Origin: Balanoglossus misakiensis
Taxonomy: Eukaryota > Animalia > Hemichordata
NCBI GenBank assembly: GCA_040954595.2
Contig: CM082592.2
Coordinates: forward strand, 2,346,438-2,410,437
Direction: 5' to 3'
Length of the DNA stretch: 64,000 nt
Translations under genes and position numbers: made by a program
In this document: piece after piece, positions 27,023-41,600 of the stretch
Position numbering within the stretch: the stretch's first letter is position 1
Layout: each line of letters begins with the position of its first letter
Notes under the pieces: model-generated
Seen by the model: the letters and a program-made list of their open reading frames with translations, nothing else
What the model was told of the DNA's origin: nothing
Database searches by the model: none

Positions 27023-27196
27023 TACATACCTGTATGCAGGCAGGCAGGCAGGCAGGCATGCATACATACATGCATGCTATGATGCATGCATGCATGCATG
27101 CATGCATACATACATACATACATCCATACATACATAAATACTTACACACATACATACATACATACATACATACATACATACATACATACATACATA
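27023..27196. repeat. Compound (CATA)n/(CATG)n/(GGCA)n microsatellite
   Basis: Visible tetranucleotide arrays, which produce the spurious MYVC and HTYI ORFs. Confidence 0.95.
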
Positions 27197-29173
27197 ATTA
27201 GATAGAAAACCTTTTAATTGTCATGCATAAAAAATGTTTTAATAAAACTATGTGTTTGGTTTTATCGGATAGTACAATCACTGCAATATTTTCTGTTATA
27301 CTTCATTTAAATATTTCATTATTTATAAAATTAACATGGTAATTAAATCACCTCATGTCCCTATATTAAGTTTCCCCAAAACGTGTTTGTTTGAAAATAT
27401 ATTCACATCTTTAATACACAAAATATGTGTCATAAACTCATGTTTAATATTCTCAGGAAAGATGATAGCATTGAACACTAGGTGGCGCCCTTGTCTTTGC
27501 ATTTGTATGAAGGATGACCTGAAGACTGAAGTGCTTGTGCTGCCATTTATCTGATATTAAAAACAGTGTACATGTTCTTCAAAATCAAAAGGGTTTAGAC
27601 ACTGCAGGAACTGGACACATTGTGAAGACTGCTGCACACAAATTGGGAAATTGGACATTACAGATGATTATTCAGAGACATGCAGATAGATGTATTGTTA
27701 TCTGCATTGAAAGTCAGCAAAATTATTACATCAAAATATTTCTTGACCAGTTGATAGCATGCATTCTGTGCAACAAAATTAAAATGATCTATCACACAGC
27801 CAATAGTATAGATTCCATTGAAAAGTACATTTAGAATAGAAACAATTCTAAATTGTGCAACAAATGAACATAAATAATGCCAAAATAGTTCATGTTACAC
27901 TTATAAAAAGACACATATAACTCAGCATATGACAAATATACAAAATAATTGACTTCCGGATCATTGAATGTTTATTATGAGATGAACTGATCAACCTATA
28001 CACCATACATTTCCTGGTAAGAGCCCTGCCTGGGCAAAGACCCATCCTCCACTTATAGTGAATTTTTTCAGATGAGGTTACATCCTGTCAAAAGCTCTGG
28101 CGTAATTGCATAGCTATTGTTTGTATTTTGCGTTAGTTGATAAACAATCAGGAGCAAAGTCGAAAAATTTGTCATCTGTTGACAGTTTTCATGAGCTATA
28201 ACCCATGAAAAAAATGCAAATACGCTTAGCCTGTGACGCAGTGACACCAATCGGAAAATGGTATCACCCACACCAAGGTGGGCGGAAGTTGGTCCTGGCA
28301 CTTTTTTTCCCATGATTCAAATTACAGTAAACGCCATATTGGAAATTCTGTCAACTTTCCCTCGATTTTGTAAAAAATCGCACGACTAATACATGGCGAA
28401 TATGTTTTTTTTCTGAAAGAGTGACCTCAAAGCTACCAAATTATGTAGAAATCAGCTGGAATGGACTTCCCCTTTAAGATACACAAAGACCTAATTTAAA
28501 ATTCAACTTTGACTTAAACACACAATACTGTTTGACTTATTATTATTCATCTATTTATTACAATAAAAAAATAACTCAAAGAGCATTTGTATTCATTTTT
28601 AAGAAAGATACTAAATTTACAGAAATATTAAACAATGTCTCTCTCTTTCAGTAATATATAGAAGAAACTACACTAGCCTGGGTTCAAAATACCATAGTAC
28701 AAACTGAATGAAACTCAATAGAGAAATGAACATTTAAGCATTGATCAAATTATTGCACTTTTTTAAAACTGTACTTTTAAATGAAAATCAAGTAGATACT
28801 CCTGAACAAACAAGAAATATACAATTGGAAAACATATTTTCATTTCATAATTGGCCATACATAATTAATCACTAGATTCATTTTATAGTCCTTATGACAA
28901 ATATGACTACAGCTGTAAATAACCGTAAGTTTTTCTGATGCATTACAAAAAGTTCACACCTAGAAATACATGTACTTAATTAATAATTTCAAAGTATTTT
29001 GCCATTTTCATTTAAGAAATTCACAACATGACATTTTTTACTGAATGGTTCAGTATTAACAAAATCCATGCAAGGACACTTCATTTTAATGATACAATAA
29101 AATAGCTCAAGAGGCCTGCAAATGCCTGACAACTAAATACAAAAAAGTAGACATCATGTACTGCCTTTTTTTC

Positions 29174-29476
29174 TTAAAGGGACATTAGCTGTTACTTTAG
29201 CTTTATTTCCAATATTTTCGTTCTATGAATCAAATGCAATTTCTCTACTCTAAACAGCATGCTAATATACCCAGCACTCTGCTTGTCAACACAGCCTGTG
29301 TTCTAGTCTGGACGTATTCAAATTTTGAACAATAACAATGCTGAATATATAAATATATATGCCAAACACTATAAAGCATTTCATTACGTTTCAGGAATTC
29401 GAACAAGAAACTGCAAATACACAAAACAAAAACTACTGAAAGCATAGCGAAAGTTACAGCTAATGGAGCTTTTTAA
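29174..29476. mobile_element. MITE family C copy (TTAA/AGG termini)
   Basis: ttaaagggacattagctgttacttt ... aaagttacagctaatggagctttttaa. Confidence 0.7.
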
Positions 29477-29624
29477 GTTCCCAAGATATATAAAAACTAT
29501 GATCCACTCCTAAGTCAGCTCAGAGTACAGACATGCGATTGCAAATCCATGTGATATCCAGTCTGACAAAGACTTCAAAAGTACTGATTGATTTATTGCT
29601 ATGTAATCTGTCACCTTCATTTTT

Positions 29625-32600
29625 TCATGATTCTGATGCTCCTTTTGTTGTTCCATCCACGTCCGATGTGCTTTTATACATTGCCTACAAGAAATATACA
29701 GAAAAATTAATATAGCTTCAGAAATAGTTAATTTACTAACAATGATATACATGTACATGTATTCTACACAAACTGATACGTTGTGTACATGATGATCAAT
29801 CAAATACGCAAACACCCATGCATGTATTTAAAGGTATACGGTCACCGACGGAAATTTAGCTACAGTCACCATGGCAAATTGAGATCTAGCCAATCACAGA
29901 TTCTCAGTGGGTGACAGGCGAAAAAAAGAGTACCATCATATCTTTATAACACTTAGATACAGCATTTTTGCTATTTATGGAAATATGTAAATTGGAGGTG
30001 ACCATGTACCAAGCAAGCAATGTGATGACCACATACCATATATGGTAAAAGACATGTTTCTGCCAGTAAAACATCTCTAATCTATCTTGAATAAATTTTT
30101 GTTATTAAATGACTTTTAATTATTTGTAGCATTTAAGAATTTGCACACAAATCTAATGAAAGTGTAGCTTCATTGCATCTGCATCATGAAAGTCAACAGA
30201 CTTTTGTCTATTGGTGGGTAGTATATTGTTAGAAGCATAGCTAGCTGCTGTGTTGTGTGGTGTGGTGCTGTGTTGCGTTGTGTTGTGTGGTGTGGTGTGG
30301 TGTGGTGCTGTGTTCTGTGGTGCTGTGTAGCTTTGTGTTGAGTCAGTGGATTGAACAAACTGGACACAGAACAATCTTTTCAAGGACTGATTCTCATCTT
30401 TCATTGGATGCAATCTTACAGTTTGATAAAAAATATTTTCACTTGTGTGATCCTGGTTTTATCTTACCAATCCAATTAACCTTGATACTCTAAAATGTTC
30501 AGCTTTGCAGACAAGATAACTTCATGGCTATCAATTCTGCTTTAAATAGGTTTCTACTTTGTGCTAGGGGGTCAAATAACATAATAATTGCATCCTGGGT
30601 AAAACAACTCACTGCAGTTGGAGCTTAAAGAAATGAAATGTTAACTGTATTTCATGTCTTCCTTTGGTCAAAGATTTTCGTCTTTGTAGCTAGCATATTC
30701 ACCTCATTCAACTTTTTCAGATTTTCTATTTTTTCTGTTACAAAGTGACCCAGTATCATTTTAGCATATGAACTTCCATTTCTTGAACAGGGCAAAATCG
30801 GCCATCTTGAATATGTGTGACCATTTGAGATTTTCACCACTCAAGTATGTCACAAAAACCTACAGCCAGAATTGAGATGACGTTGACACTGAGGAAGTTA
30901 TATTAACAGCAGCATATTCACAACTTCCACAGGAAGTTATCAAGGACAAATGTTGAAAACCTCTAGCCTAGGGCTAAATGTACAGAACTCCCCAGTTGTG
31001 AAAGGATAGTGGTGATGGTGGATGCCAGGCTACAGCAAATCATTCAGAATTACTGATGGAGAAGTTGTCATTGACAAATATTGATTATTAAACTTGATGG
31101 GTTAGCATAATCATCTTTAATTTGTTAATGCGCTTCTGTAGTGAGATCTGATTGGAGTGTTAGCAATATAAAATCTGTTTAGCAAGTTTTATGGCGTACT
31201 GAATTTTTCTAGGAAAACAAGAAAAGTTAAATGTTTGAAGACCAGACACCATAAAAGAATACCAGAAATACAGGGTCACACAAAGGTCATTAAAAGGGCC
31301 AATTTCAGAAGGCGCCTTTTTCTAGCCACATTGAATCCTTCTTAATCTCTGACTTCCATGGGTGCTGGAAATACCTATTCCACTTGGAGAATTACTATCT
31401 GGCACACTGTAAAGTGTCTTGCATTACAACTGTTATACGGCCCATCTCTCTGCTTGTCAACAAGTCATGTGTATATGTAGTATCATGTACCGCCCATTGT
31501 TATCATTTACAAATTCTTTCAAGTCCGGACTTGAATACAATTTTCAAACAATAACAATGCAAATTGCGCACTCATAGGCTTTGTTGAGAGGATTAACTCT
31601 ACACATTTAACATTGCTTCGGGGAACCGAACGAGAAACTATGGTTGAAACACAGAATAAACACTGAAAAAAATTGACAATAGTTTCAGCGAATGGACCTT
31701 TAAAAAATAACTTCAGGAATGTTAGGATGATGGCGATATGTAATATTTATGGCTGTCGAAAACATTTGGTAGCCATATTTGATTGCACAGCATATGAACA
31801 GTAACAGAGTCCTTACATGTTTAAAGCCAACTTCTAATAGATGGATGAAGAGATATGCATGTCTATCATAATTAATTGTTCTTGAGCAAAGTTTGAAAAA
31901 AAGGAGTCTGGGCAAACTCTGAGTAATGGCTTCAAATGGAAACATGCAAGCACACAACATAAATACCCCAGGCTGCATCAGCAGGGACCAAGAATACAGT
32001 TGAGCAGAATGATGTGAATTAGCCCTTCTAAGAAAACAAATGTCCGCTTAACCTTAAACCAGCTACATGTACCTTCACCATGGAAGAACATGCAACCACA
32101 CCATGAAGGAATATCACCAGGTGTTATCTCAACAATAGACTAAAAGTGATTGCTGGATGGCCAAATCATGCATCAGATTTGGAATCAAAATGGACATTAC
32201 ATCATGAGAGAGGTCTCACCATGGAGCAGTTGGGGAGATGTATGTGCACTGAAAACCACAGTATTGTCATTTACTTGGAATTTTATCTTTCTAAAGCTCT
32301 CAAAAATTCATTCGATAACAATCGAAGGGAGCAAAAAATATTAATTATTACTCAATAGCCAAGTCAGTATTTTACAAACTCATGGTAATCATTCACTTTT
32401 CCCCATGACAGAAAACATCAATTTCAAAAAGTGGAGTGGTGCTTCAGAAAGTAAATATCTCCAATTTACTGTTTGGTTCCTATGGTTGGTATTTGCCTTT
32501 CAAATATGCACACTCTGTATTGTATGAAATGATGGTATATTCAAAAGTTTGAAAATATGGTGGCATACTGATTTCCTTTCCTGAGGACCAATCTTATAAC

Positions 32601-35600
32601 ACTGGTAGTATAAGCATGTTAGAAAGGGCTGAGAGATGAGTTGGAATGTTTTTGCATTTGTCAAAGAAAGACAAACAGGAGGAGAGAAGAAGAGAAGGCA
32701 GGCAAAAAGTGTGGCACCGAGTCAGTCCATAAAAACATTTGATAAGAAATAGAATATTTTGGTCACAAGCAGCACGTACAAATCAGGTGACTGTGCCGAT
32801 TGGTTTGGGGACATAACAATTCTTTTGATCAGTTTTTTGCATTTTGGCAGATAATTTGACAAGCAAAACGGCAACCATGGGACACTACATTGTGAGTTTC
32901 TCAATTTTTTCCAAAACAGAAGTACCTCTTTTGCCTAGTACAATTTCGTCAGGCTTGGTGCAAAATTTCAGGAATACTCGAGGGGAGAGACATACTGGCA
33001 TTGATTCAGTGCATTTACATCCCTATTCAATGGTGATATTTATGTGGGTTTCCATACCTGCATATCAACTTCCTGAGTCTATGATACACCCATTGAAATG
33101 AAAAAAATTAATAGAAACAATATTTAGTAAAACTAGCTATTTATTTTATCATGAAAAGCAACTGACAACTTTGAATTACATTTTTGCATTTCATATCTCA
33201 CACTGCAGCAACAAATCATGTTTGACCTATCATAAAATCCTGACAAACGCAGTAACTGGGGATGGTTATTAGTATATTTTTCAGTATGTATTGTGATATC
33301 CTTAACACTGCTTTTCTTAATCATGAAATTTGAATGTGAAATTTTTTATGATATACTTTTAATTACAAACTCAGTGCAAAACCAACCTTGTTTAAACTAC
33401 ACTAGCTGATGCATCTAAACTCTAAAAGACAGAAAAAAAGAAACATTTCAGAATATTTCCAATTTTGCCTTCACATTATGACATGAAAAATTGAAATCTC
33501 AGAACTCATTAAGTTGGTTGCATTAATTTACGGAGTCCAAACTTTTGGATCTGAAAAATATGGACCTTTTTAGTTTCACCTCAAATATGGCAAAGAATGT
33601 ATACCCAGAACTCTCACATACCAACACCTCTCTCCACAGAGGTACCAGTAGATTTGATCATACATTTGTACATGTACTCCCAACTATGTGTGAAATTCAA
33701 AATACATGTACAGCCCAACCCCTACTCCTTAATAAAGGTGTTCATTATCCACACTTCTAACACAAATTATATTATACCAGTATATTGATGGTGTAAATCA
33801 CGCTATTTTATTGGTCGAGACACGACACGTGACTGTGATATATTTGTCATATACCACAGTCATATATCATAGTCAAAGAAAATGCCTTTTTAAAATGTTT
33901 TATGCAAAGTTTCAATATACTGGCATAATATAATAGCAATAAAACACCCCCAGCCATGGTATACCACGAGATTTTGACCAGTTCAACTCCATATACGCAC
34001 TCGCTATCGCTCGTGCGTATATGTCGTGAACTGGTCAAAATCTCGTGGTATACCATGGCTGGGGGTGTTTTATTGCTTAATTAACTCACAAGTAAAAAAG
34101 CATAGGGATAACTGATTGTTATTATTAAGCACATGTTTCCACTGCAAGTTAGCGTGAAAATCATTTCATCAGTGATGTTTTATACACAATATTAGTCTAA
34201 TCAAATGAAGACTTTTGTCTCAATACAAAATACCCCCTTGCAATATTACCTCTAAATCTATAGATCATCACCCAAATTCAGTAAAACAATAAAGATGGAT
34301 AGACAGACTGGCATATACAACATCTAAAATAAAGTTTCCACCCACAGTTATGCCTTCTGCGATAAATAACAAAATATTAGACAAAATTTTACCCAATTTC
34401 AGGTGCTGCCAAAATGTGTGTGTATCAAAGTGGATTAATTGAAGGAAAAAATAAGCTATATACCGGTATTAGGTACATGTAACCCAATTTTCAGAGGAAT
34501 CTCCTCATAAATTATCATTTTTTTAAAACTTTATTTGAAATTTTTTGGAATTTTGACAAAGCTGTCCATTCCAATTGAAAGCCATACAGGCAGATTATAG
34601 ACACACACACACACACAAACAGACTGACCCACAGACATATATGACTAATCCCATAAGCTCTACAACTATGTACCTAGCAAATGGGAGATAATAAAACTGA
34701 CATCAAACAATCTCACTTTTCAAATGTAAGGTCAGAACTCTGTATCTTGTGACCAGCTGGAGGAAATATTAATAATGTTTTTCTGTCTGTTAGCACAGCT
34801 ATATTAAAGTTAGTATTGACAGCGATGGTGAGAAATGAAGAGACAATGTTGGGTTGTGTTTGAGAGAGAAATACAAACAAATGAAAGAGCAAAATAAATT
34901 AATAACAAACCTGATTGATAGGTTTGGGCCCTACATCATTTCCAGCATTACCAGTACTATTATCAAATTCCTACAAAAAATACATATTTTTGTATGAAAA
35001 CTGGGCGGTTACATTCACCTGGATCTAGTCGGTACAATTAAACAGATTAGAATGTTTTGCGGGCATATGCTGTAAAAACTGGAGAAGTAAATGCATAGTA
35101 TTTTCTTCATTTTTTTTCTTGGTAATTTTGGAAATTGAAACCAAGTACAGAGAGGATTTTACGTTAAAAGGAAAAAGTTATTCATTTTTGACATTATTTG
35201 TGGTGATCCTGCAGTTTCTTTTGATGGATTATTTCAATGTCCTGTTCTGCAAACTGAAATATGCCATAAGGGTTTACGCCACGCCTAAAACCAACAGCAC
35301 GTAAAATCACAAGTTTACATTTGGTACTATCTAGAACCTCACACCATCCCTTTACAGTTTGATAAGCAAACATGACAGAATGATGGGCATGTATCCCAAA
35401 TGCCGGTAAGTGGATTTTCTTGCCTGTTCCAAGTTTATCCAACAAGGGCTTCCGTTCATGAAATAAGACCCTCTCTCACTCAGTATGCCTACTGCCATCA
35501 CTGTGGTCAGAGATTGTTGGTCAGGTGATATTCTGCAAACTGAATGCTTTTGGCAACTTTTTTAATGCCATAGGCATGAAATTCAAGGAGTTGATTATTC

Positions 35601-38600
35601 TCGTCTCGTTCTCTTTAACTCAAATATACATAACTTTTCCACCACTCCAAATGGTCTCTGGTTTTACACCGTTGTTAAGTAAATATTCCAGGATGAAGTA
35701 TGCGTTGTATCCTTTCGGATTGTGAGTGAGGGCTATTGACTTCTCGTTCTCCTCAGAAAAAAACCAACAACAAAATTCTTCTCAGTTCTGCACCCTTCTC
35801 ACCATAAAATATTTTCTGATTCTCCCCAGACTCCTCGCACTGACTACGCTCATCCACATGTTCAATATGAGTGCAATTTGAACAAACTCGTTGTGCAATG
35901 ACGGTGTAACATTCTATGACGTTCTATCAAATGATTCCCATAGCCTCAAGCAGTCACATTGACACAAGTAGATTGGGATGGTCCAAATCATAGTGTTGTT
36001 TGTAGCGACCACTTTCCGGACAATTCGTTTGACAGCAAAAGACAGGACCCTCTTATATCTCACCAATATTAGCTAACAGGCACCACTGTCGATCTAAACT
36101 GAAAGGCAACACCGTACCCAATCCGACAACACAAAGGCAGTCACCAGAAAAGAATGCACAGCCCACAGAATTGCAGAAAGAGCAACTGATGTACCACGGC
36201 CAGAAAAACAGCAAAAAGATTTGAAGACAACAGACCTCACCTGGTAATTTAGTGACACGATGAAAACTATGCCAGCCTAAACTTTGAAGACATACTGGCT
36301 ACAGATTTGAGGCAAGGTTAGATAATTGGAGTGGACAAAAATAAGTCACATAATGCTCATTTAATGACACATTTTCTTTGATGTTTGGCCTTTGGGGACC
36401 ACCCTAAGATTGAAGTTTTTCCAGCCTAACACCAAAGTTACCCGACTCTGGCATATTGAATTTCAAATATTGTTTAGCTCTGCTGATGTGCACGTGTGAC
36501 CTGTTGTTTGTTCCAAAGGGGGATAACTGGAATTAGATTATTCCAGTGACCAGGTAATTTGGAAACCAACTTGAGAGTCATGACTGCATCTCTGGTGACT
36601 AATGTGTCTGCTTCGAGGAAAATCAAATGAATGCCTATACACGCTTAACCCTAACGCTGCCAATGTTGAAACTGGTTAGATTTCCAGGGTGCCTAGAATC
36701 CTGGCTCCCAGGCCTGTTTATAGACTGCCAAGTGCGTGTTAATCAGGGCCTATACAAGACCCTCAGACCAATACAGTGCAAACCAGTGCAATTTGATACA
36801 TTTTACAGGGGGCTCAGACTGCCAAGTGTGTCTAAGTACGTATGAGAGCCATGTCATGACAGTCAAAATATGTTTCAGAAGAAAAAGTGGTAAATACGTA
36901 TTTTAAGGGACTTGACACTCTAAACAGGTATGACACCCAGTAGCATTAGGGTTAATATTAATTGAGAGAATATAAAACCATCTTACCCGATACTCTCCAG
37001 ATGCCTCGTCTATATCATCAACATACAGATATTTATGTTCTCTGTAATATTCTCTCTTCTTGAGGACATACAACACAACTATATCACACATTATTGTTGC
37101 CTGAAAAACAAAATAACAAAATGTTGGACTCTAAATTATTAAGATGATATTTTGTTCATAAATGTTTACCCCTTGTCTCTTTGGTCTGGCTCTCTGGTGC
37201 CCTATGGATTTCATCTCCCCCCCCCCCCCCCCCCCCATTTCGTGCACTAGGTCACCACCTAGAGCCTACAACTGTTTCTTGCAACATGGTTTTTTGTTTG
37301 CCCAATGCCACAGGAGCTGAACAAAAGGGGCCCCTGTCCAACCAGGTTTAGGTAGTTAGTTTTGCTACTTATGTATAGGATAGACAGGCATTTTTTTCAC
37401 AGGTTGCTTTGAAATTTTTATATTATCCAGCCAGTCGCTTTGGGCATTTTTTACTTAGCCCCCTTTTCTTTGCCTTTTTGCTTTGTTTTGACTTGTTTGT
37501 TTGTTTCTGTTACTGCATTAAACCATTCTTTTTCTTACATCTCTGTCTGGAGGTGAGCATTTACAAACTTATCAACAGAATGTTTGACTCTAAATTATTA
37601 AGATATTTTTCTGTAGATGTTCTTAGAAAATGTACCAAAGGTTTAAAACTGCTTCAAATAATATAAATCAAATGGTTGAAAGGCTGTCACATTGACTTGG
37701 AAAAGCTCCTTGAGAAAATCTTTTCACAGGCTACATGAAAATGTCATATGATACCCCAGATTTAAGATTTTATTTTCTGTACCCGTTTCATATCTGTACA
37801 AGGATATAGAATTTGTATGAAACTTTTACAGGTGAAGAGAGGTAAGTGAGGTTATTATGGAAATACTGTCGGAAAATATTTTCTCGTAGGAGCTGTCTGG
37901 AAATACTATGTGAGGCCTGACAGTGAAATAAAAACAATATGTCTACTCAGTAACATTTGTGCTGACTTAGCTTGCAATACCATTTCCATAGCTTGCTGAA
38001 TTCTTTTGCAATGATCTGATTTCTGTCAGACTTACCAAGGATAAAAGAGCCAAACCAGCACCAATATTCAGAAAGAGTGGAATAACACTGAATTTGCCTG
38101 CTTCTCCAGTGACAATAACATCATAGAGGATACCATAGGCTTTAGTCAGTGTTCTGTATTCATCTGTTTCGTTAATCTTGTACTTGTAGGCAAATCTAAG
38201 AATAGGAGATAAAGACAAGAATATATTTTGTGTTTCACGTTTTCCTTTAAGTATTAAAGTTTATAAGAAAATTGAGTCAAAACTCCACAGATTATCAACA
38301 TTTACACTCTTGTGTGGGAATCATCATGATCATACCTAATCCAATCAAATCAAATCAAATCAAGTCAAATCATTTCAGATCAGATCACAAACCTGAAGTT
38401 AAAACCTTTGGCAATCTTGGCATCAGGGTTGTCAAGACGACGAAATCCATAACGAGGTTTACATTCATCGGCACTGTGATCCAAATTGCACTGCCACTCA
38501 ATGAAGATGCCCATCACTCCACCCTGTCATGTACCAGAATATTTCATGTTGTTTATAATGAGATAAGAAAGGGTGATCAATATTGTTACCATGGTGATGA

Positions 38601-41600
38601 AGAGTATTTACTCCATTTTGTGCAACACAATGAACAGGTTAATGGTGAAGTCTGTACACCTCATCAACAAACTAAAAGGGATGGAAACTTACATGTTAGA
38701 ATACAAAGTTAGACAGTGTAACATCATTATTATTCATTTCTTGTATGTCAACACATTGTTGGTCATTTAGGGCCACCTGTAATACTCGATAATAGAGGCC
38801 ATTTTCAAGCAATTTCTCTGTGTATGCACCCTTGCCCACAAATAAACATGAATAGTCAGTGTGTCCCCCTTCATTCCATCAATATCAGATATAGGACAAG
38901 CTGTGAACAGCTAACGTGTCAGTGATCAACCGTTGGACTGTCTCACTTGATTTTCAAAAGTGAAAGATGCTATTTATTTCTGGGATGACATGAGTAAATT
39001 CTTCATTTTTCAGTTCTAGTTAAAATGATCTTTTCCATTTCTATCTATTCATTGGTGAAATACAATTGCAATATGCAATGTTGGGTGAAATAGTTTTAAG
39101 AATGTAATTTCAGCAGGGGTAACTTTTGGCCAAGCAGTAAACATGGTTTTTCCATATGAATTCAAAAATTATGGCTGGTGACTTAGTAAATTAATTCTAC
39201 ACAAATGAATGGTAAGTACAGACTTGCCTCCATTGCTACAGTCTCAAAATCCTCTCCGGATTCTGTGACAATATCCCCAAGACGAAATATTGGACAGAAC
39301 TGTAAATCTGGATCGCCAGAATTGTAGTGACAAGTTTTCAGAAAACTTTCATTGGAACTTTCCAAAATGTTCCTTCTGGAAAAGTGAAAAGTGCAGAGAT
39401 ACAACATGATTGATACATCTCCTGAACAAAATAACTGCTGTTATTTATAAGCATTGATTTCTTTACACTGGATGTCATACGAATTTTTGTACAGAGAGCA
39501 CCCTTGAAAAACATTGTGTCATCTCCAAGTACATGACATGAAAATGAGGCCAGCAGGTCAGAGTAACCACACCATTGGCAAAGAGAACAATATGGCAAAC
39601 TATTGGTGAAAGGGTCAAATGTTTATGAAATCACTTAAAAGCAACATAAACTGTATCCGACTTACAAATGAAAGATTCCACTTACTTTGAAAAATTGAAC
39701 TTGGGAAACGATATGCTGTTTTTGATGAGTACAGTGAAATTGGCGGCTTCATACAAAACCGGTCTGTCAGTCCTGTTTGAGCAGAAAGTTGAAACATTTT
39801 CAATTCAGGTACTTCCAATACATTATACATCATCCAAATGTAACAAACCTGGCAGTTAGGAACACTTATGAAACTGAGAACCTCTACTTCTTATTGTACA
39901 TTTACCTTGGAACAACTGTACACAAAAGATGTTAACTAGTAAGGAAGACAAGTGACTACATGTATAACTTGACACACTGACTGATCAAAGTCTCTCTCTC
40001 GCTGCCCTTTTTAAATTAATTATATTTGATACAAGACACCGTTCATGTTATTCTACATGTGGATATATAGTGAATGAACGTTCAACCACACACAACTTCC
40101 TTCCTACTTGTATGGTATGAGAGTAAAAACTTGCCCAAAATGAATAAATGGTAGAGACCGATTGTTCATTTTGGCGAGTTTTTCAATCTCGTGTCTACAA
40201 GCGGGATTGAAGGTGTGTGTGGTTGAATATTGATTCACAATATATTCTCATGTACATTAACATAAATGTTGTCTTGTATCAAACATAATTAATGGGAAAA
40301 GGTCAGCTAGAGAGAGACTTTGTCCATTTAAGGGAATACAAAACAAACAGGATTTTCAACACTCTCTTGAAAATATTATGGATCATCCAACAGCAAAGAT
40401 TCCTACATCAATTTTAACAACGGAAGTTTAGAAAATTGGGTTTTAGAATGCAAATGGTGACTAACATTATTTGGCAATGCATGTATAAGCAACTGGGTGC
40501 AACAAGTCATTGTTAATCAAGTTGGAATGAAATCAGTTGAGCTATTCTATGACAAAATATACCAGCTAGCACAGTAAGGGGGCCTTGGCCAATATTGATA
40601 ATTTTTCTGGAATGCTGTGAGCAAATTTGTCTGCGAACTACAGTAATGACATAACTACAACCATGAGATGATTATTGTTTTGAAAATAAGTCCAACCAGG
40701 AAGAAATATGTCACAGGTGAAACAGCTGGGAAAGTAAATAGTTACAATACAAGTATTTCCATCATATCTTTGACCTTACTTTCTTTTGAAATAATATAAC
40801 ATACAGAAGCAAAGTGATTGCAGAGATGTTACACATCCATATATTGTACCAATGTGTTGACCATATCAGCAAAAGTGGTAGATTGAAGTTTATCCTTGAA
40901 TGCTTTTTCAAACATTTATCATGATAGCTATAATTTGACCTTTGTTGCAACCCTGCAAGCCATTTGGATGTTGAACAAGCCATCAAAATCAGTCAAACCT
41001 GTCATAACACATTTCTATGTCCCTGTACCAACTTTGAATGTAATCAGTTCAAGCATGTTTCAGTATTGCATTCTGATGGGCAGACAAATTTACAGGTAGA
41101 CAGATGGACAGACGAACAAAGCCCAATGCAAAACATTTGTCAACAATAAATGTCGTCCAACAGCATACCGGTACTGTAAAACACTGAATTAGCTGCATTC
41201 ATTTTGGCGAATTTAGATTTTCGGTTCATTTACTGGGTTTGTGACTTACTGTAAAACACTTTATTTTCGCGAGCATTAAATTTACGCTAAATACGTGAGA
41301 GCCAAAACTACGCAAAAATAAAGACTCGCGTACATACAATGTATAGTTGTGAAAGAACCAGAGTTTCCGGTTATGCAAAAATGTGCGTAATACACGCAAT
41401 GGAAAATTTCTATACGCATATTGAACCGACAAGTGCGTCTGGTGTACGCAATGAAATTGACTCTGTTTTCGCCATTGAAAGTTCGAGCTAACAAAAGACT
41501 CGTCAAACGACCGACAAACTAGACAGCACCTTGTGCACGCTTACATGTTTTGAATAAAATTGCAACATTCCAAACCATTTGCGCAGACGCTTGACCATGA

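Noticed and set aside
26952-27201. MYVC and HTYI repeat peptides
   Set aside because: They are translations of a tetranucleotide microsatellite.
38272-38712. 146-aa plus-strand ORF
   Set aside because: It is antisense to a P2X exon and includes an (ATCAA)n repeat. No independent evidence.
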